Positions 10,501-22,435 of a stretch of DNA of 64,000 nucleotides are shown here, in pieces. This DNA is from Haliotis cracherodii. Lineage: Eukaryota. A model generated the notes under the pieces. That model made no database searches and was not told the origin of the DNA. It was given only the letters and a program-made list of their open reading frames with translations. Each line of letters begins with the position of its first letter. The stretch's first letter is position 1. Position numbers and translations under genes: made by a program. The stretch spans positions 21,824,001-21,888,000 of the forward strand of contig NW_027266270.1 of assembly GCF_022045235.1 (NCBI RefSeq). Reading direction: 5' to 3'.

Positions 10501-13240
10501 AAGAAAATAAAGTAATTTCACGGATTTTTTTATGTTTATTTTAAGATTTGTTAAGACCGTATACAAGATGTTTATATTTGCTTTTCTTTGACATGAATCC
10601 CGTCATGTGTTAGCTGTAGATTACTGACTAGTGTTTTATGCACGGGGCAACATGTACATACATACATGGCCATGATATTGCCGAAATCGTAAAACTATGA
10701 TTATTGCAAAGGTTTTGCCTCTTTTATTAACATAACTATTCATATCCAATCTCACTTATTAAAGCAGAAAATGTCTTTGATTTGATAGCATGTCCTCCAT
10801 TATAAAAATGTATGTGCATTTCACATGCATATACAAGTAACAGACTTAAAAAGCCCTCACTCTACCTTTCAGTCTAGGGGTCCAATCTAACACCGAATCC
10901 TTATCTTTACAGTTACATTGCTGTGACGTTCGCGATTACAGAGATTATGATGCGGTGTTTACTGGCAATGATAAGGTGTGTACCGTGATTTCATTGTTTC
11001 AAAGAAGGTGTTGTAAACAATAATTAGTAATGAGTTATAGTTCGATACACAACTCATGCCTCCATTTTGGCTATAAAGTCGTGTCCATGGTGGTATTTGT
11101 AAACGTACCATGTTGGTTCATTAAGGCGTGGATTGTCACTTGCAACGGGTGACGTCATCATATGCAACATAACATTCATATTATGATTGTTATAGGTGTC
11201 ACTGAAAATTACAAGATTGAAATTTGACAAATGGTCATCACAATGTATATTAACGACCTTAGTCAAATAGAAAATAACCTGATGTTTAATTTACCAAAGG
11301 TAAACAGCGATTGAAGACAGTAGAATACTTTTTGCAGATACGTGTGGTCCTGATACTGTGGACGGTGATAATGGCCGCAATTCTGTCAAAAAGTACAAGT
11401 GAAATAGAGTTCAACAATAGTCAAATGTTTCCAATAAAGTATTACTTGAAAATAATTATTTTCTTACTGATAATGAGACTCAAAGAACAAAATTGACATC
11501 ATTGAACAACCCTAACAGGACATATTTAATATAGGTAGCAAAAAATAAAAACATGCAAGATCAATGTGTACCGAAGAACGTCAGTGCACACATAGGGGCA
11601 CCAACCGCTTAATGTTAAAATGGCAACATTCCCAATGAAGAATGTCAGATGGATCTGCAATTTGTAAAACATTCAGAGCTATATGGGCTTATTCTGCTGT
11701 GTATATGATACCTGCATGCCATGGGCATCGCTACACCCATGTTCGCAACGTATTTATGTATTATGTCATTCCCCGTGCACCAACTGTGTGACGTCATAAA
11801 GATGATTATTAGCGCGCCCTCAGTAAACTCCGCCAGGAAAGTGAGACGTGTTGTAAATGCACCTTTTTATAATAAAGGCATTGAAAAATAATGAACAATA
11901 ACAGCGGACTAAATATCATTAAAGCTAAGAAAAATGTAATTTTCGATTAACATGTCAAATTACTATCAAAGATGTATTATCAACTGACTAATGACGCACT
12001 AATAATCGCAAAACATGACAATTGATGTATTCTCAAACCAAACAGCCGTCCATACAGTCAAAATATTTGTAAAACATGTTTCAGGGGAAATTGCCAATTA
12101 GTTGTTGTGTGTCATCAGCTGATACTGATCATGACGCAAGTTGGACCAGCAGCAGCAACTTCTGCCCGAATCAGCTGATGTATTCTGAAGTAAGAGAGAG
12201 AGAGAGATTCTTTTCTAAAATTTCCGAGGATCATAACTCTAGCGTATCTTAAACTATATGGTTCATAAATATTTTATGCAAGATGTGGTGAATGGGTTAT
12301 CCGTACATCTCGTCCTAATGTTCTGGATGTCTTAGTCTCATCTAAATAACCAAAACCTATATAAGCATACACACATACCCTTCACAAATAAATACTTCTC
12401 GGAATTTATCGGACCATGGAAAAGTCATTATGGTAGTTCCGTGTTGATGTAAATTCTGTTTTGTTTTTACTGAACTATTTTTCCAACATGCAAACTACAT
12501 GCATGTGAACATCAGGTACGGCCATGTTTATGTTGATTTTGATATCGATACGCATGTGTCTGTGTATCTTACAGGGATGTTACTCAGAAATACGTTATTA
12601 TCTACGCCTCTTTGCGAACAGAGGCTGTGTTGCTGACACCGTTATCGTTGCGTTGGCAGTAAGTATCTTGTTGCGAGTTAAACAGACATTGATTAGACAG
12701 ATTATCTTTGAATAATTATATACGGAACACATGAGTGAAATATGACCCAAAATACAAAATATTTGTCCATACCAATTACAATAGCAATATATATTTTTTA
12801 TAGCCGGTTGTCCGCCACACTATCAAACAGTGAGTGTTTCTTTGTGCCCATATCCGGTTATATCACGGATATGGTACTGACAAACGTGGACACAATCAAA
12901 ACGAACCGGGATTCGAACCAACGATCATTGCGTGCCCAAGAGAGGCAACTTGGCACACTTATATAGAAACACGTACACATTGGTACAGTTGTATCCACCC
13001 ATTAAGATGTGCCTTCATCAAAGCGAATGATACACAGATAATGCTGACTATCCCTTAAGAGGAGACGCCTTAATTGTGTTTCTTATGCTGGACACATTTT
13101 AGAAACTCTGAAGGAAATTTTATGATAAAGATATAAAGTTAAAGATAATTTTACTTCTTTTTTCCCAGATCATCGGAATCATCATTGCCGCATGTTTGTG
13201 CAGAAGAAATGCTGAAAAGGAACAGTATTCTACATTATAA
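7476..13240 (+). CDS. Tetraspanin, divergent, 8 coding exons, 253 aa: join(7476-7541,8703-8891,9604-9678,10293-10400,10913-10975,12085-12189,12575-12658,13169-13240)
   Basis: All introns GT-AG, all phase 0, open frame: MELGWCTKTFRCLFIFFNVIFA/IVGIATIGLGIFF...WIIIGIGALVVFVGAAARNKYLLGM/YIAFSLTIPIVILVFIISTAMYFGL/EKNRDY...WDYVQKQ/LHCCDVRDYRDY.../GKLPISCC...FC.../GCYSEI.../IIGIIIAACLCRR..*; four TM segments, EC2 CC, PxSCC and GC motifs; AATAAA at about 13268. Confidence 0.92.
7895..8200 (+). mobile_element. Penelope-like (Naiad-like) RT fragment in tetraspanin intron 1
   Basis: ORF 7903-8268: NFRYINDLILI...LPLIYSPEVAIKETRETASSASYL. Confidence 0.7.
8703..8891 (+). CDS. Tetraspanin exon 2 (TM1 end, EC1, TM2)
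   Basis: tttacag acceptor, 63 open codons, gtatga donor. Confidence 0.9.
8990..9250. repeat. Degenerate ~48-bp tandem repeat in intron 2
   Basis: Recurring cacaatagc/cacaattgc...agcaagga...acag units, about 5 copies. Confidence 0.45.
9604..9678 (+). CDS. Tetraspanin exon 3 (TM3)
   Basis: ttcag / YIAFSLTIPIVILVFIISTAMYFGL / gtaagt; 75 nt. Confidence 0.9.
10293..10400 (+). CDS. Tetraspanin exon 4 (EC2 helices A/B)
   Basis: ttttcag / EKNRDYFSSTLQNRLQNKYSENATEFTKHWDYVQKQ / gtaaca. Confidence 0.9.
10913..10975 (+). CDS. Tetraspanin exon 5 (CCG-equivalent CCD)
   Basis: tttacag / LHCCDVRDYRDYDAVFTGNDK / gtgtgt. Confidence 0.85.
12085..12189 (+). CDS. Tetraspanin exon 6 (PxSCC)
   Basis: tttcag / GKLPISCCVSSADTDHDASWTSSSNFCPNQLMYSE / gtaaga. 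Confidence 0.9.
12575..12658 (+). CDS. Tetraspanin exon 7 (GC motif, TM4 start)
   Basis: ttacag / GCYSEIRYYLRLFANRGCVADTVIVALA / gtaagt. Confidence 0.9.
13169..13240 (+). CDS. Tetraspanin exon 8 (TM4 end, tail, stop)
   Basis: ttttcccag / IIGIIIAACLCRRNAEKEQYSTL*. Confidence 0.9.
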   Translation: MIGIIIAACLCRRNAEKEQYSTL

Positions 13241-13974
13241 TATGTGATATACTACCGATCAGTGTCGAATAAACAAGTGCACATTTGAAATCTCTATCCA
13301 CTATTACTATGCCGCCTTATGTAGTTATATTGGTAATTAAATTACAGTGATATTTAGAACTGTAATACTGAATTGAACTGTCCACATTAAACTAATAAAG
13401 CAAACTTTAGAAAACAATTTGGATTCACTTGAATCTTATTCATATTTGTCTTTTTATCTCTTAGATTTGCCAATAGAGCAATAGGTGCTACGCTCAGAAA
13501 TGAGGTAAAATATGATTTAATGACGTGTTCAAAGTTATTTCGCTTACATTTACAATTGAAAATGAAGAAATATTTCAAATAATGAAATATCCATCAATTA
13601 TATTTTGTGTACTTGGTCATTATTCCTAATTAATTGCCATAAGTTCAAATTGCAGTCAAACTGAAGAAGGCAGTTTAATAATAACACGTGTTTTTAATTA
13701 AGAATGGAATTTGAGGACATTTATATCTTGGAAGCTTAAGGGGTCTCCACGGAATTAACTTTTGAGTGACAGTGGTATGTGGTCAATGTATTCAGAGATC
13801 GTGTTATAAAACCTGGCTACAATTTCTATAAACCATATTATTAAAATAATGAAAGGATAAAGAAGGTAATACACGTGAGCTTGAAAGCATGTATCCTACG
13901 TGTTCTTACACCACATAATGTAATATTTTCTGCCAGTTCATCACAGAGTTTAAAGGTCAAGGTCATGAAACTGG

Positions 13975-14095
13975 AGTGCGAGAGTATTGTTTAACGCCGC
14001 TTTTAGCAATATTCCAGAAATATCACGGCGGGGGACACCAGAAATGGGCTTGCGACTGAACGCTTAAACCACCTGGCTATGTACCCGAACGCCCC
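13975..14095 (-). mobile_element. tRNA-derived SINE family A, internally deleted
   Basis: Matches 17003-17168 in reverse (aacgccgcttttagcaatattccag...ggggacaccagaaatgggctt). Confidence 0.8.
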
Positions 14096-14150
14096 TGTAT
14101 TTAACTGAAAGTGCTAATAACTTTGTTATTGAGATAAGGAGTGGCATTTG

Positions 14151-14411
14151 GTTGGTTGGTTGGTTTTTTAACGCCGCACTCAGCAATATTGCAGCTATGT
14201 GACGGCGGTCTGTAAATAGCCTGAACCAGACAATCCAGTGATTGATATCATGAGCATCGATCCACGCAATTGGGATTGATGACATGCATCAACCAAGTGA
14301 GCGAGCCGGGTCCACCCGATCCCGTTAGTCGCCTTTTACGACAAGCATAGTCGCCTTTTACGGCAAGCTTTGGTTGCTGAAGACCTATTCTACCCCGGAT
14401 CTTCACGGGTC
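14151..14411 (-). mobile_element. Non-autonomous retroelement family B (LINE-5'-derived head), full length
   Basis: 12-bp TSD gagtggcatttg (14139-14150 / 14412-14423); starts GACCCGTG; tail gcggcgttaaa+(ccaa)n. Confidence 0.88.
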
Positions 14412-14689
14412 GAGTGGCATTTGACTTTCCCTTATAATGTGATACAAATGTTTTCCGAAATACGCCTGTAATTATAATGTCATTAAACTGTAAGTTTTTT
14501 TCATGTTGCTCTTGGGATCGGATCTTCAATATGTTACTGCATTGTACGGTTGTCCATAAGAGACATTGAGTCTGTTTTTCAATATTTTGATATTTCACTT
14601 ACTGTTATCGTACCCTTTTGCAAATTAACACGATTTGTCATACATATATGTGATAAATCATGTATAAAGTAGATACTGAATCGCTGAAA

Positions 14690-14815
14690 AGTGAAGCGAA
14701 AATGTCAAAAACTAAAATAAAAATGTCAAAAATACAAACGAAAATGTCAAAAACAAAAACGAAAATGTGAAAAACAAAAACGAAAATGTCAAAAACTATA
14801 ATGAAAATACAGAAA
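14690..14815. repeat. 21-bp tandem repeat (aaaacgaaaatgtcaaaaaca, ~5.5 copies)
   Basis: Directly visible periodicity; produces the spurious FDIFVFV ORF. Confidence 0.8.
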
Positions 14816-15374
14816 AGTATTTCCACCGCGGTGATAATGTTAAAATTATTTTCTCAAAACGACGGCAACGGTAAGCGATATAACACATTGATGTGCCATA
14901 ATAATAACAACACAATATTGTGATTTATCTGTCATTGCAAGAAGGACAAGGTTAAATATCAAGGATGTTTCTAAAACGTCTACCCCTAACCTACCAAATC
15001 TTCACAACGGATATAACTAGGTACACGGCGATTGGCTGAATGCAGGTTCTATTTGTTTTTGTACCCAAACCAAAATTGTAACCAAAATACTTGGTGATTT
15101 AGTACCAAAGAAAACTATACTAAATATATACGATTATATATATTTTTTCATGTTTATAGCAAACAATGAGCAGAACATTATGATAAAACATTTCATCAAG
15201 TTCATAATATAATTATCTGTACGTGGTCCTTGAGTGAGGTCAATCCACATTGGCACAATGTATCTTTGCTACTGAAACACATTTTTTTTTTCTGGGAACA
15301 AAAGCATAAACCGGTTTGGGTACATACTCACAAGAAACTTTAGGTACAAAAATCCCATTATTTAAATAATAATG

Positions 15375-15375
<1 letters not shown>

Positions 15376-15412
<37 letters not shown>
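15376..15412. repeat. (TTA)n microsatellite
   Basis: About 12 units. Confidence 0.95.
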
Positions 15413-15413
<1 letters not shown>

Positions 15414-16583
15414 ACATATTTTATTGTCCAAAAAGACAAAGGGATTGGACACAAGTGCAACACTTATTACCGCCTTTTCCCTATATACAGTTATACAAAA
15501 TATTGCATAATGAAAATGAACAATTTACAGTTGAAGCTTCACATTGTGGAAACACCCAACTAATCAGAGCGTCGCTTACCAGATCATGAAAGTGACAGTC
15601 GGAATGTGATTTCTAATCATGCAACCTCGAAAACCTTAGCAACGATAGTTACGGGTTTAACGACTGAATCCATACAATCTGGACTATCTATTAGCCATTC
15701 CACAATGTTCTTTTGTTCAGGTTTCAAATTTTAAATCGAGAATTTGTCAAAATATGTTTCGAAGCGTAGTCGCCAATATGAAATTAGTGCCGAAAAGCAC
15801 GAGAAAGCAGTCTTCTGATTGGTCATTCCATTGGTCGGTCAAAGTTTGCGCAAGGTCCGTCTGACATGACCCGTAATGGGATGTCGTCAGGTCTTTGTTT
15901 AGCGGTAGCTGGAACTAAGAACAGGTTTTAATGAGATTGGAACTGAAGATGAAACTGGGCAATTTCTCTCCTACAGAGCCTGGAGCTGTAATGCTTTCGG
16001 TGTCATTGTGCTTGTTGTCTGCTGTGGCCGTATCGGAGCTGCTGCCATGAACAAGTCCCTGCTGACATTCGTAGGAAGAAGGAACATAGAATATTAACAA
16101 TGCATATGGATAGACAAATCAGCAAAATGATTTACAGCAATACACACTGTATGAAATGTAAACACAAACAAGACACAAGTCTACATATGTAGCTGTATCA
16201 AATATTGACATAGAAGTTATGAAATGGTTAACATATATATATGCTAACCACATGGCTGTATGAATCGCAAGGAATACATATTTTTTAACCCCAAGCTTTT
16301 GTTTTGGTATAGAAGTGACAGAAAGTGTTAACCCTGAATCGAATGTTTTCAACAGATGTGATGTAATCGTTGTTATCGCAGTTCACGCCAAAATTTCTAA
16401 CAATCTCCATTACCCAGGGTAGTATCATTATATACGCAATGTGCTGTGAGATACCTCAGACACACCCAGGAAGAAAGCTACTCTTGATTTTGTGTTGCTG
16501 TCTCACTGGATGCATCGGGGGTATTCAGCAGAATGTAGTGTATCTGATATACCCTGGATAATACAGGGATACAAGTCTAAACA

Positions 16584-16785
16584 AGTTCTGCTGTTAAACA
16601 TCATTAGACCCTAAAGACGATCAGCTGTTAAACACATTAAATCCCTAACACGTTCAGCTGTTAAACACGTTTAGACCCTAAATAAGTTCTGCTATTAAAT
16701 AAGTTTAGACCATAAAGACGTTCAGCTATTAAACACGTTTAGACCCTAAATACGTCCAACTATAAAAAGATTCTAGACCTAAACT
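16584..16785. repeat. ~34-bp minisatellite, 6 copies
   Basis: ttcagctgttaaacacgtttagaccctaaa.acg units. Confidence 0.85.
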
Positions 16786-17002
16786 TGACAATGTTTGTGT
16801 TTAGGATCGACACGTTTTTACATAGTACATTTACACAAAAGAAACCACGTCATGACAACAGTGTATATATCGACACAGAAAAGTTCTCTCTTAAGCGGTA
16901 TCTAATCCACGGTAGGACCACATCAAATTTCAAAACACTGCATGCAAAACACTGTTTATCGCATAAATACCATATTTTGATCCAACCTCTTCAGATGAAA
17001 CA

Positions 17003-17168
17003 GGGGCGGTCGGGTAGCCTAGTGGTTAAAGCGTTCGCTCGTCACGCTGAAGACCCGGGTTCGATTCCCGACAAGGGTACAATATGTGAAGCCCATTTCT
17101 GGTGTCCCCCGCCGTGATATTGCTGGAATATTGCTAAAAGCGGCGTAAAACCATACTCACTCACTCAC
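17003..17168 (+). mobile_element. tRNA(Asp-like)-derived SINE family A, full length
   Basis: A box tagcctagtggtt, GTC-loop, B box ggttcgattcc, (cact)n tail, TSD tcagatgaaaca. Confidence 0.92.
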
Positions 17169-19509
17169 TCAGATGAAACACCTTGCATTTATTTTGGGCG
17201 TGGATCAGTAATATTAATTTTGTTCACCTGGGTAAGAAACACAAGGTCTATTGCTTGTTATAAGAGGTAAGTAAACTGGTTTGGGTTTTCTGCATGGTTC
17301 GTAACTCTTAATATCAACCATTGGTGTGCCATACTCGACTGTTTACAGGCAGTCATCATATATATGGATCATTGCTGACAGTGGCATAAAACAACATTCA
17401 CACAATCAGGAGTTTAAGCAGCTTGATTTCCTGCTGAGGACCTCACTTTCTAGAACACATTTGTATATTTTTAACATCTTTGTTTTGGTTGACGGTCAAA
17501 TAGTTCAGTGAAATGTAATTATGTTTCAACAAATGTCCTAAACGTTCTCTAGATCTTGCAGTGCCTAACTGTATGCTGACAGTATGCTTTTAATGTTTCA
17601 GTACATCACCATTTTTCTTAATCACCACCTTAGGATTACTGGCAGTCATCGTGCTCGAAATCACGATTCTCCCGAAAGAACAGCTATGGCTAACATACAT
17701 TTTTGAAAAAGTTATCTTTCATTCTCCTGAACTCGACTACTTCGGATGTAATGTATGCATGCAGAAATAACAAGGATATTGAGCTAAAACTACCCTGCAA
17801 ATCAATCAACAGGCTCATAAGAACAGGGGTCTTTACATGTTTGTTTGTTTGTTTCCAAAAGATTGCATTGTCTCTCAGGTTTATCTACTTATGACAGAAG
17901 TGGTTTTACTCTGCTGTTCGAGTTCACATACTCTGATGGTGACCAGTAACGTTAGCATGTGGACAACAAATACTAGTAACTCCGACATAAGTAAAATGAT
18001 AGAATAATAGACCTGAAATGACGGAGAGCGGAATAGACCTATGAGTACATATGCTGTGAAAGTGGTTACTTCAGTATGTCGAGCTGGTGTTGAGGTTTGC
18101 ATCGAAATACACAATCTCTGTCTCAGAGACATTTCTGAGTATCTGTAAAAAACTGATCTTAAGAACCCACTCATAAAACATATGTCCAAATGGTTTTTAT
18201 AGATTAAGTACCATGAACTTCTGAAGACATCTTTGCAGAAATACAGATTCAGAGTTAACTCATCCAACAAGTTGGGCGGTATTCATACGCAGGTAAATAT
18301 AGCATCTGTATGTGCACAAAATGGGTGTACTGTAATAGGAAGAGTAAACTATTGATTCAACGAATGCAAATAACCATGGCCAATAACTATTTAAACAATG
18401 ATTACAACTTATATTTCAGTGTTGTTTATGTCGTAAAGATACTTTTAAGAATATATTCCAAACATTCAAGGTGAACATTAGGATGTAACACCCCACTGGC
18501 CATATTGCGTCGAGAACAAATTGTAAAATAACATCGTTAACCTAATACAGGAGCAATAAACGTGGAGAAGAATTCATTCTGTTTATGGTTGTCACTCCTC
18601 TGGATGACATGTCCTGGTTTCAATGAAGAGGGTATAAAACGTGGAACACCTTTCTCTTATCTTATCTATTGTCTTATGGACCTTATACAGGCCTCTGTAA
18701 TTATTTAAGTATTGTAACATGAAGCATGTCAGCTGTTAATTACTGATGATTTAATTTTAATGTTTCACATACAACATGCATTTATGCATAGTTACAGCTG
18801 AATTATCATGAACACAATCTTTCTCACTGTATTTTCAAATTTCCAAATACAAATAGCATGCTTTTACATAACTCTTCAGTATGAAATCTCTCAGTCAAAA
18901 TATTCCGTGACGACATGTTTGGTGTCAGAGTCGACTAAAATTGTAAACCAACGACATTGGGCGTTGATCAGACTGATATATATGTATGATATATATGTGC
19001 TCTAAATAAAGTTAATATGATAGCAAATATGTTGATGATAATCTGATAATGAATGGTAACCTGCATCTGTTCTATGTTCTAAGAATGAAATGAATTGAAA
19101 TAAGCCATAGATCTACCAAACTAAAGTGTCCTGTATGACAACCAACTTCTTTTTCCTTGTGACTCAGTAAAGGGGAAAAAACTCATGACTAGTTTCCATG
19201 ACAAAGAATGACGTAATGTTTACAAATTAAAATGTATACATATGAAGCAAGAGAGGTTTTAACAACCGATATATATTTCAGATATCCGAGATTATCATTG
19301 CGGCATGTCCGTGCAGAAGAAGTGTTAAAAAAGAAACATATTCTCAAATATGATCAAATATTTTTCTGATCATTTTTCGACATTCCCTGTTGGACGAATA
19401 GTTATAAAAACACCTTATTTTCACGTCATACAAGATACATTCAAGCGAATTCAATTCAGGAAATGTTATCCTCGGTAAAGTTCACGGTAGGACGTTTCAG
19501 TATCCACAT

Positions 19510-22435
19510 ATTCTTGCTTCCTTATCCCATACTGTAGTCACTATGGTTACACCAGTTATTGATCATAGGTTCTTGCTTCCTTATCTTATACACATGGCAA
19601 CTAGGTTACACCAGTTATTGATCATGGGTTCTTACTTCCTTATCCTATACACTTGTCACCATGGTTACACCACTTATTGATCATGGTTTCCTGCGTCTTT
19701 ATCTTATACACATGACAACTAGGTTACACCAGTTATTGATCATGGGTTCTTACTTCCTTATCCTATACACTTGTCACCATGGTTACACCACTTATTGATC
19801 ATGGGTTCCTGCTTCCTTATCCTATACACTAGTCACTATGGTTACATCAGTTATTGATCATGGGTTCCTGCTTCCTTATCCCATACACTAGTCACCATGG
19901 TTACACCAGTTATTGATCATGGGTTTTGCTTCCTTATCCTATGCACATGGCAACTGGGTTACATCAGTTATTGATCATGGGTTCTTGCTTCCTTATCCTA
20001 TACACTTGTCACCATGGTTACACCAGTTATTGATCATGGGTTCTTGCTTCCTTATCCAACACGCTAGTCACTATGGGAACACCAGTTATTGATCATTGGT
20101 TCTTGCTTCCTTATCCTATACACTTGTCACCATGGTTACACCCCGTTATTGATCATGGGTTTCGCTCCTTTATCCTATACACTAGTCACTATGGTTACAC
20201 AAGTTATTGATCATCGTTTCCTGCTTCTTTATCTTATACACATGGCAACTGGGTTACACCTAGTTATTGATCATGGGTTCTTACTTCCTTATCCCATACA
20301 CTTGTCACCATGGTTACACCAGTTATTGATCATGGGTTCTTGCTTCCTTATCAACACGCTAGTCACTGTGGGAACACCAGTTATTGATCATGGGTTCTTG
20401 CTTCCTTGTCCTATACACTTGTCACCATGGTTACACCAGTTATTAATCATTGTTTCTTGCTTCCTTATCCTATACACTTGTAATTATAACCATATTTACA
20501 CCCCGTTATTGATCATAGGTTATTGCTTCCTTATCCTATACACTTGTCACCATGGTTACACCCCGTTATTGATCATGGGTTTCGCTCCTTTATCCTATAC
20601 ACTAGTCACTATGGTTACACAAGTTATTGATCATCGTTTCCTGCTTCTTTATCTTATACACATGGCAACTGGGTTACACCTAGTTATTGATCATGGGTTC
20701 TTACTTCCTTATCCCATACACTTGTCACCATGGTTACACCAGTTATTGATCATGGGTTCTTGCTTCCTTATCAACACGCTAGTCACTGTGGGAACACCAG
20801 TTATTGATCATGGGTTCTTGCTTCCTTGTCCTATACACTTGTCACCATGGTTACACCAGTTATTAATCATTGTTTCTTGCTTCCTTATCCTATACACTTG
20901 TAATTATAACCATATTTACACCCCGTTATTGATCATAGGTTATTGCTTCCTTATCCTATACACTTGTCACCATGGTTACACCCCGTTATTGATCATGGGT
21001 TTCGCTCCTTTATCCTATACACTAGTCACTATGGTTACACAAGTTATTGATCATCGTTTCCTGCTTCTTTATCTTATACACATGGCAACTGGGTTACACC
21101 TAGTTATTGATCATGGGTTCTTACTTCCTTATCCCATACACTTGTCACCATGGTTACACCAGTTATTGATCATGGGTTCTTGCTTCCTTATCAACACACT
21201 AGTCACTATGGGAACACCAGTTATTGATCATGGGTTCTTGCTTCCTTGTCCTATACTATTGTCACCATGGTTACACTAGTTATTGATCATTGGTTCTTGC
21301 TTCCTTACCCAATACACATGTCACCATGGTTACACCCCGTTATTGATCATGGGTTCTTACTTCCTTATCCAGTGCACTTGTCACCATGGTTACACTAGTT
21401 ATTGATCATGGGTTTTTGCTTCCTTACCCAATACACTTGTCACCATGGTTACACCACTTATTGATCATGGGTATCTTGCTTCTTTATCCTATACACTAGT
21501 CACTATGGTAACACAAGTTATTGATCAAGGGGCCTTGCTTCCTTATCCTATACACTTGTCACCATGGTTACACAAGTTATTGATCATGGGTTCTTGCTTC
21601 TTTATCCTATACACATGGCAACTGGGTTACACCAGTTATTGGTCATGGGTTCTTACTTCCTTATCCTATACACATGGCACCATTGTTACACTAGTTATTG
21701 ATCCTGGGTTCTTCATTTCTTATCCTATACACATGTCACTATGGTTACATCAGTTATTGATCATGGGTTCCTGCTTCCTTATCCTATACACATGTAACCA
21801 TGGCTACACCAGTTATTGATCATGGGTTCCTGCTTCCTTATCCTACACACATGGCAACTTGGTTACACCAGTTATTGGTCATGGGTTCTTACTTACTTAT
21901 CCTATGCACTTGTCACCATTGTAACACCAGTTATTGATCCTGGGTTCTTGCTTCCTTATCCTATACATATGTCACTATGGTTACATCAGTTATTGATCAT
22001 GGGTTCCTGCTTCCTTATCCTATACACATGTAACCATGGTTACACCAGTTATTGATCATGGGTTCCTGCTTCCTTATCCTACACACATGGCAACTTAGTT
22101 ACACCAGTTATTGATCATGGGTTCTTGATTCTTTATCCTATACACATGTAACCATGGTTACACCATTTATTGATCATGGATTCTTGCTTCCTTATTATCC
22201 TATACACCAGTTATTGATCATGGGTTCCTACTTCCTTATCCTATCCACATGTCACCATGGTTACACCAGTTATTGATCATAGCTTCTCGCTTCCTTATTG
22301 TCCTATACACCAGTTATTGATCATGGGTTCCTGCTTCCTTATCCTATCCACATGGCAACTGGGTTACACTAGATATTGATCCTGGGTTCTTGATTCCTTA
22401 TCCTACACACCTAGCAGCTCGGTTACACCAGTTGC
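19510..22435. repeat. 59-bp minisatellite (~49 monomers) with a 420-bp (7-mer) higher-order repeat
   Basis: Monomer gttattgatcatgggttcttgcttccttatcctatacacttgtcaccatggttacacca; lines starting 20161, 20581 and 21001 are identical. Confidence 0.97.

Larger units (their letters stand above)
15925..19353 (+). pseudogene. Decayed tandem tetraspanin paralogue; remnants of exon 2 (~15925-16070), exon 3 (17602-~17677, frameshifted, donor lost) and exon 8 (19282-19353)
   Basis: QFLSYRAWSCNAFGVIVLVVCCGRIGAAAMNKSLLTF/gt vs exon 2; ttcag/YITI.LITTLGLLAVIVLEITIL vs exon 3; ttcag/ISEIIIAACPCRRSVKKETYSQI* vs IIGIIIAACLCRRNAEKEQYSTL*; exons 4-7 not found. Confidence 0.8.

Noticed and set aside
11338-11400. 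Extra tetraspanin EC2 exon (tttttgcag/..TCGPDTVDGDNG..)
   Set aside because: The plausible reading needs phase 1 and has no compatible donor; exons 5 and 6 already join in frame with six paired cysteines
13964-13975. atgaaactgg as exon 1 of the tetraspanin pseudogene
   Set aside because: Only ~10 nt of similarity before a SINE; no continuation found after it
17003-17080. tRNA-Asp gene (also 40657, 46022, 62382) and a tRNA at 33324
   Set aside because: No proper acceptor stem or poly-T terminator; they continue into a SINE body with tail and TSDs
17800-18300. 129-aa minus ORF as a host exon
   Set aside because: No recognisable domain or splice partners; more likely decayed repeat sequence, unclassified
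20089-22055. 396-aa, 124-aa and 79-aa ORFs
   Set aside because: Translations of the 59-bp satellite; the 140-aa periodicity equals the 420-bp higher-order repeat; no splice or domain support
19510-22435. CRISPR-like array (also considered 63145-63615 and 16584-16785)
   Set aside because: No unique spacers, no cas genes, eukaryotic intron and TE context
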